From NCBI GenBank assembly GCA_027031765.1, contig JALVPN010000165.1, forward strand, positions 30,001-62,000: a stretch of DNA of 32,000 bases, written 5' to 3'. This DNA is from Promethearchaeota archaeon. Lineage in GTDB: Archaea; Asgardarchaeota; Thorarchaeia; Thorarchaeales; Thorarchaeaceae. This document shows, in pieces, positions 27,630 through 32,000 of the stretch. The position numbers and the translations under genes were made by a program. Every line of letters starts with the position of its first letter. Position 1 is the stretch's first letter. The notes under the pieces were generated by a model. The model was given only the letters and a program-made list of their open reading frames with translations. It did not search any database and was not told the origin of the DNA.

Positions 27630-28851
27630 CCATTGACCCATCACGTTTCGGGAGGATGCGTTTCACGCATGGCCTATGCTCCCCGCTATCCGCAAGAACA
27701 TACAGTATCACCCCCTATCCTCACTGTTGAGCTGCACAACACGCATTGGGGCAAGTGACCTCAGTCCACATGGCGGTGAGATTGAGAATCGGGAGCTACG
27801 CCTCCAGAATTGTTTCTGAGAGTCGTGGCAAGTCCTTCAACTTTGACAAGCGTTGAATTGCCGAGTCCGACCTCCACACAGTTGAAGTGGAACACAATGG
27901 TCAGTCTTGGTATCTGCAGGTATGTCTTCCGGTGGGCTCGTCGCTTGATGGATATGTTCGTCTTCTCAAGCCACCTATCACTACTGGTCCAATCCAACAG
28001 ATTCTGACGAAGTCTATGAAGGTCAATCCAGTGAGTGGTTCACGAACACTCTACATTTGCGAGATTCGAGTCTGCAGCACAGATGCTCAAGGCAGAGTCC
28101 ACTGTCACCAAGTGAAGTTCAGTGAGCCGTATCCCCCCACTTTGAGCCTCCTGTTGCCGGCTATGGTACAACATGGGGATGGTTCACCCTGCCGCTACTG
28201 ACGTGTGGTCTTCCCGCGTGTCCAGAAAACCAGTATGCGGCCACACAGTACACACTAGGTGGGGTCACCGCCTGCGACGCGCGACACGGGCCATAGGCCC
28301 CAGATATACCCGCTCACTCCACCCGGCCACCGGTGTGACCGTCCTCCGTGCCTCCAACAAACATATCCAACACCACTACCATGGTCACACCTCCTGCAAG
28401 ACCGTTGTCCATAATACGCTCCACTACCATGTTAAGACTCTCGTACGGGGGCTCGTGGGCGTCCACTGGGGCTGGTAGGCCAGAACCGACACGGATGCGC
28501 AACAGGGGGCGAAGCACAGACAGAAGAGCACTCAGACCAAGTGCCACGTGGGCGCTCTGCCTCGCCCTTGCTACTGTGTGACCACACAGGCGGGTAGATG
28601 GTGGATTGGTGTCAAGTGGCTGTTTCACCTCGGATCCCGGACTGGATTGTCGAGTGGAGCGCCCCCAGTGGGCCCCTCCCTGTGCGCCCATCCGCTCGCC
28701 CAGGCCGAGGCCGGGCTCTCGCCCTCACAGACACGCAAGCCAGTCATGTATGTCGCCCAGATGAGCAGCAGCGCACCATACTCCTCCGCACCGATAACCC
28801 GCAACCGGTCGCCCGCACTCCGCAGCACCCGAACCGCCCCCTCCAGCACCG

Positions 28852-29164
28852 CTACCGCACCGGCATGGTCACCACTCTCCCACTGACCGGGTCGTGTGCC
28901 AGCCTCCCAAGCCTCACCTCGAACCGCTTCAGTTTTCTCAGAGTCTCCATGAAACGCTCGTGATTGCAGAATCTTCTACGCTCCTGTTCTGTTGGCGTTT
29001 CACCCTGGTATGGCATGCAATCGTAAACGTATGTCCTCAGACGTTCAAAGCCTTCACACACCGCTTCAGAGAACTTCACGAAATCGATACGCGGCTCATT
29101 GAAACAGTGCTTGAGAACCTTCGCAAAAAAACCCCAAATCTATCATGACTGCTGCCCGGTCCAA
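28852..29164 (-). pseudogene. Frameshifted, truncated NYN (LabA/DUF88, PIN-fold) ribonuclease
   Basis: TTG start gives LDRAAVMIDLGFF. Removing one T from the T7 run (plus-strand A at 29125-29131) continues AKVLKHCFNEPRIDF...LRTYVYDCMPYQ...RFEVRLGRLA. The downstream QKGVD and GDSDF motifs are absent. Confidence 0.75.
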
Positions 29165-29376
29165 CCGCTGTTGTCCTCTAATGATATCTGACCGCCGCCC
29201 TCTCGAACGACAGCACGAATTTTCTGTGGCGCGTTGTTGGCGCCCTGACTTAAAGGTCATTGCTGCTGAGTATCTGACGAATTCATTGCTGACACACATG
29301 GCTCCGGACTGTGCTGCTGACGGTTGTCCATCATGTCAGTCACAGGGGCAGTCTGCATCATGTCTGGCTGTGGGAA

Positions 29377-29526
29377 CTATGCATCTGTGGTCTCAAACCT
29401 GAGATGCACCGTTCCCCCACAGTACGGACACTCAGCGCTTGTTGGCCCCGTCCACCGAACAGTCTTGGTACTGATCTTGGCGCAACAACTTGTGCAGTAT
29501 GCCGGGATGTGTGGTATCACAATCAT
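29377..29526 (-). CDS. Small zinc-ribbon protein (49 aa)
   Basis: MIVIPHIPAYCTSCCAKISTKTVRWTGPTSAECPYCGGTV has two CxxC knuckles. Confidence 0.6.
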   Translation of the reverse strand: MIVIPHIPAYCTSCCAKISTKTVRWTGPTSAECPYCGGTVHLRFETTDA

Positions 29527-29614
29527 TGGCTCTCTGCCCTTGGCAGGGGTCACGGTCCTACTCCTCACGCCCCTCGCTCTCGACTCTCTTCTTCGTCCGC
29601 CGCAGCCCATTGTC

Positions 29615-30598
29615 CTATCGGTCTGACGCGAGCCGCCGCTTCGCGATGACCGCCACAAAGACGATGGCACCCGCTGCTACGACAGTTCCTGCAGTGACGG
29701 GACCAAGCATTGGGTTGGTGATCTCACTAGTGTTGTTTGCTGTCGTTGTGTCTGTTGTTTCGGTCGATGTTGTGGTGCTGTTCGTGGTCACAGTGTCCCA
29801 TATGGACTGCTGGAGAATGAAGAGCAGCGTCCCATTTGACGTATAGTGAAAGTATGTCGGCCAAGCCTGTATGCTCTCATGATCCTGTGCTGTGAGGTTG
29901 AATGCTGCAACGGACCATGTTGGCCTCAAGAGCATCTCCTTTGTGTAGAAAGGTGCCTTGTATATGCAGAACATGGTCGCCGACTCCGTCGGGTCAGTGA
30001 GATACTCTGGGTCCGCACCCGGATAGTACATCGGATAGCCCGGAAGTGGTCTGTGAGTGGTCGGACTGATGAGCACCAGTGAACGAATCCTTGCCTCGGC
30101 CAATGTAGTCCTGAGAACCTCTACGTGAGAGCACTCCAGATCATCCAGTGTGACTGTCTGGGTCCTGACCACTCTCCTAGTCAGGGTCCCATTGTCTTGA
30201 GAACAGCGGTACGTCACGATCAGTTCGATGAAGTACGTCTGATTGAAGCCCCATACAAACAAGGGATGTTCTCCAGGCAGAGAGTAGCCTGCAATCTCAA
30301 AACCCGAGCTCAAGTGGGAGAGTGGCCGAACTGCATCAACAAGTGACTGGTTGGTCATCAGGTCTGGTACTCTCTCTTCCATCATTTCCGTCACATTAAC
30401 TACTTCGTACTCATACGACGCTCCGTCTATGGTGATATTGAGCGAGGCTGAAGGCCCCACTTCTGCTGTGTCACAGTATGTGCCATCAACTGTATGCATT
30501 GACTCCGAAGCGACGGGATACGGCAGAATGGTGGTTAAGGTCAACACCAGAGCAAACATGAGTGCAATAGCCCATTGTCTGTACACGTACACTCGCAT
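29615..30598 (-). CDS. Cell-surface glycoprotein (signal peptide, Thr-rich linker, C-terminal TM), paralog A
   Basis: Signal peptide, 10 N-x-S/T sequons, TTNSTTTSTETTDTTT linker, TM followed by KRR. GGAGGA SD. Confidence 0.82.
   Translation of the reverse strand: MRVYVYRQWAIALMFALVLTLTTILPYPVASESMHTVDGTYCDTAEVGPSASLNITIDGASYEYEVVNVTEMMEERVPDLMTNQSLVDAVRPLSHLSSGFEIAGYSLPGEHPLFVWGFNQTYFIELIVTYRCSQDNGTLTRRVVRTQTVTLDDLECSHVEVLRTTLAEARIRSLVLISPTTHRPLPGYPMYYPGADPEYLTDPTESATMFCIYKAPFYTKEMLLRPTWSVAAFNLTAQDHESIQAWPTYFHYTSNGTLLFILQQSIWDTVTTNSTTTSTETTDTTTANNTSEITNPMLGPVTAGTVVAAGAIVFVAVIAKRRLASDR
30318..30416. repeat. 99-bp perfect direct repeat, copy 1 (copy 2 at 31817-31915)
   Basis: Base-by-base identical at an offset of 1499 nt, while flanking paralog sequence is clearly diverged. 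Confidence 0.9.
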
Positions 30599-30604
30599 AT
30601 CCTC

Positions 30605-31009
30605 CTAGTACCGGTTTGGCCCTACGTAGGCCACCATGTGCCTGACATCGCCGCCGTACCTGGGGTGGACGGGGTTGTACTGAGATGGGAGAAGAAGCCC
30701 GTCTGTGGGATCCTTGTCGTATGGGGAGTTGGATTGACCGTCGAGGCCATCGTCAAGGCAAGACCATATCTGGAAGAACCTGTAGCCAAAGTTCACACGG
30801 TAGTATGCTGTCTGGTTCCAGAGGTGAAGCGTGGGATCCGCGTGGATCCATGTCCACTCTGAGCCATCATGCTGTTCCCACGTATTCCAGAACCAATCAA
30901 ACTCCTGCGGGTCGTATGAGTCCCAGCCCCACAAGGTGAGAGAACTCAACCAGTTGCTGTCCAGCACTGTCTTCGTCTTTCTCTCCACGTTTATCTGAAT
31001 GGCGGTCAC
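30605..31009 (-). CDS. Trp-rich hypothetical protein
   Basis: 134-aa GTG ORF whose stop lies 7 nt before the next start. It contains WTWIHADPT, weakly reminiscent of the transglutaminase-like W-x-H-x-D-P motif. Confidence 0.45.
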   Translation of the reverse strand: MTAIQINVERKTKTVLDSNWLSSLTLWGWDSYDPQEFDWFWNTWEQHDGSEWTWIHADPTLHLWNQTAYYRVNFGYRFFQIWSCLDDGLDGQSNSPYDKDPTDGLLLPSQYNPVHPRYGGDVRHMVAYVGPNRY

Positions 31010-31101
31010 TTCACACCGCTCCTATACCACAATGCACAGTTGTGTTCGCCAGTGGACTCACCTGACATTGCGTGGCCTATGAGTGCAATGGTACTGCAGC
31101 G

Positions 31102-32000
31102 TCATGAGTTTCCTCGCCTCGACCTTGCCAGTATTGCGACTGCCATGAAGGTGACGGCCACTGAAACAGTTCCTACAATGACGGGATTAGGCAATGGGTT
31201 GACAATCTCACTAGTGTTGTTTGCTGTTGTTCTGTCTGTTGTTTCGGTTGATGTTGTGGTATCACTTGTTGTTGTGGTACAATTCGTGACTGGTGGGCAG
31301 AGTGGAATCTGTTCAAGGATAAGGAGTAACGTTCCGTTTGATGTATAGATGAAGAGTACTGGCCAAGCTCTTGTGTTGTTGTCTAGTGGTGCCGTGAGGT
31401 TGTAAGCCATGACAAACCATGTCGGTTCAAGAAACATCTCCTTTGTGAAGAAGGACGCCCTGTACATGCAGGCCCAACCCCACTCACTCGGGTCGGTGAG
31501 GTTCCCTGGGTCACGGCCGAGCTCGTAGAGTGGGTAGCCTGGAAGAGGTCTGTGAGTGATTGGACTGACGAGCTCTAGCGAACGATTCCTTGCCTCGACC
31601 AATGTAGTCCTGAGAATCTCTATGTGAGAGCACTCTAAATCATCCAGCGTGATTGTCTGGATTCCAACCACTCTCCGTACAAAGCTCCCGTTGTCTTCGG
31701 AACAGCGGTACGTTACTACCAGCTCGATGAAGTCTGTCTGATTGAACCCCCATACGGAGATGGTGTGTTCACCTGGCCAGTAGTAGCCCGTACCTGCAAA
31801 GCCAGAACTCATGCCTGAGAGTGGCCGAACTGCATCAACAAGTGACTGGTTGGTCATCAGGTCTGGTACTCTCTCTTCCATCATTTCCGTCACATTAACT
31901 ACTTCGTACTCATACACTGTTCCGTTTATGGTGATGTTGAGCGAGGGCGAAATGCCCGTGTCTGCCTCGCCACTCTCCTTGCCACCGCTTGTTGGGGGTG
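31102..32000 (-). CDS. Cell-surface glycoprotein paralog B (5' end beyond window)
   Basis: The frame stays open to the window edge (...SPSLNITINGTVYEYEVVN). Colinear with 29615..30598 and ends in a Thr-rich linker, TM and RSRR. Confidence 0.85.
   Translation of the reverse strand, partial: PPTSGGKESGEADTGISPSLNITINGTVYEYEVVNVTEMMEERVPDLMTNQSLVDAVRPLSGMSSGFAGTGYYWPGEHTISVWGFNQTDFIELVVTYRCSEDNGSFVRRVVGIQTITLDDLECSHIEILRTTLVEARNRSLELVSPITHRPLPGYPLYELGRDPGNLTDPSEWGWACMYRASFFTKEMFLEPTWFVMAYNLTAPLDNNTRAWPVLFIYTSNGTLLLILEQIPLCPPVTNCTTTTSDTTTSTETTDRTTANNTSEIVNPLPNPVIVGTVSVAVTFMAVAILARSRRGNS
31817..31915. repeat. 99-bp perfect direct repeat, copy 2
   Basis: Identical to 30318-30416. Confidence 0.9.

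Larger units (their letters stand above)
20700..29200. other. Putative defence / accessory island
   Basis: GC spot counts: 27/60 at 21541-21600 versus 35/60 at 19801-19860. Four nuclease-type genes and long degraded intergenic stretches. Boundaries are approximate; no integrase or att repeat seen. Confidence 0.6.

Noticed and set aside
27770-28201. Plus-strand frame MAVRLRIGSY...FDKR*IAESDLHTVEVEHNGQSWYL with one internal TGA at 27854
   Set aside because: It may be a pseudogene, but no family motif was recognisable and competing frames look equally protein-like.
28200-28691. Several 77-125-aa ORFs in the GC-rich gap
   Set aside because: No consistent start signals or recognisable domains; probably degraded sequence.
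29615-32000. Diversity-generating retroelement explanation for the variable paralogs
   Set aside because: Differences are not adenine-specific and no reverse transcriptase is present.
1-32000. CRISPR array, IS element, integrase or att-site repeats
   Set aside because: No regularly spaced repeats, transposase or recombinase motifs, or island-flanking direct repeats were seen by eye.

Overview
Gene-dense archaeal window, most likely from an Asgard archaeon (Thorarchaeia-like). This is inferred from a Rab/Roc-like small GTPase, a small CxxC/HxDH protein of a type I recall from Asgard genomes, GGTGA-type Shine-Dalgarno sites and TATA-like promoters. Bases 1-20.7 kb (about 58-60% GC in spot counts) hold housekeeping and envelope genes: Nth, a flavodoxin, a heterodimeric ABC exporter, an ArsR regulator with a His-tailed partner, a GTPase / Zn-protein / 7TM cluster, a TPR protein, two paralogous surface proteins, a chagasin-like protein, DinB, a methyltransferase, an HTH / bPH_2 / ABC-2 module, a PAP2 enzyme and an acyl-CoA dehydrogenase. 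Bases ~20.7-29.2 kb include lower-GC sequence and look like a defence island. It carries an OLD nuclease, an AAA-ATPase-DUF234 gene with a tandem palindromic operator on its start codon, a broken NYN RNase and a translationally coupled pair. That pair is a CPBP (CAAX/Abi) intramembrane metalloprotease plus a single-pass receptor-like protein (extracellular beta-propeller, TM helix, cytoplasmic Schlafen/AlbA_2 domain), and it is the best candidate for an undescribed system. The right end has tandem paralogous surface glycoprotein genes sharing a perfectly identical 99-bp tract. No rRNA, tRNA, CRISPR array, integrase or transposase was found. All family assignments come from motif recognition by eye, not from database searches.
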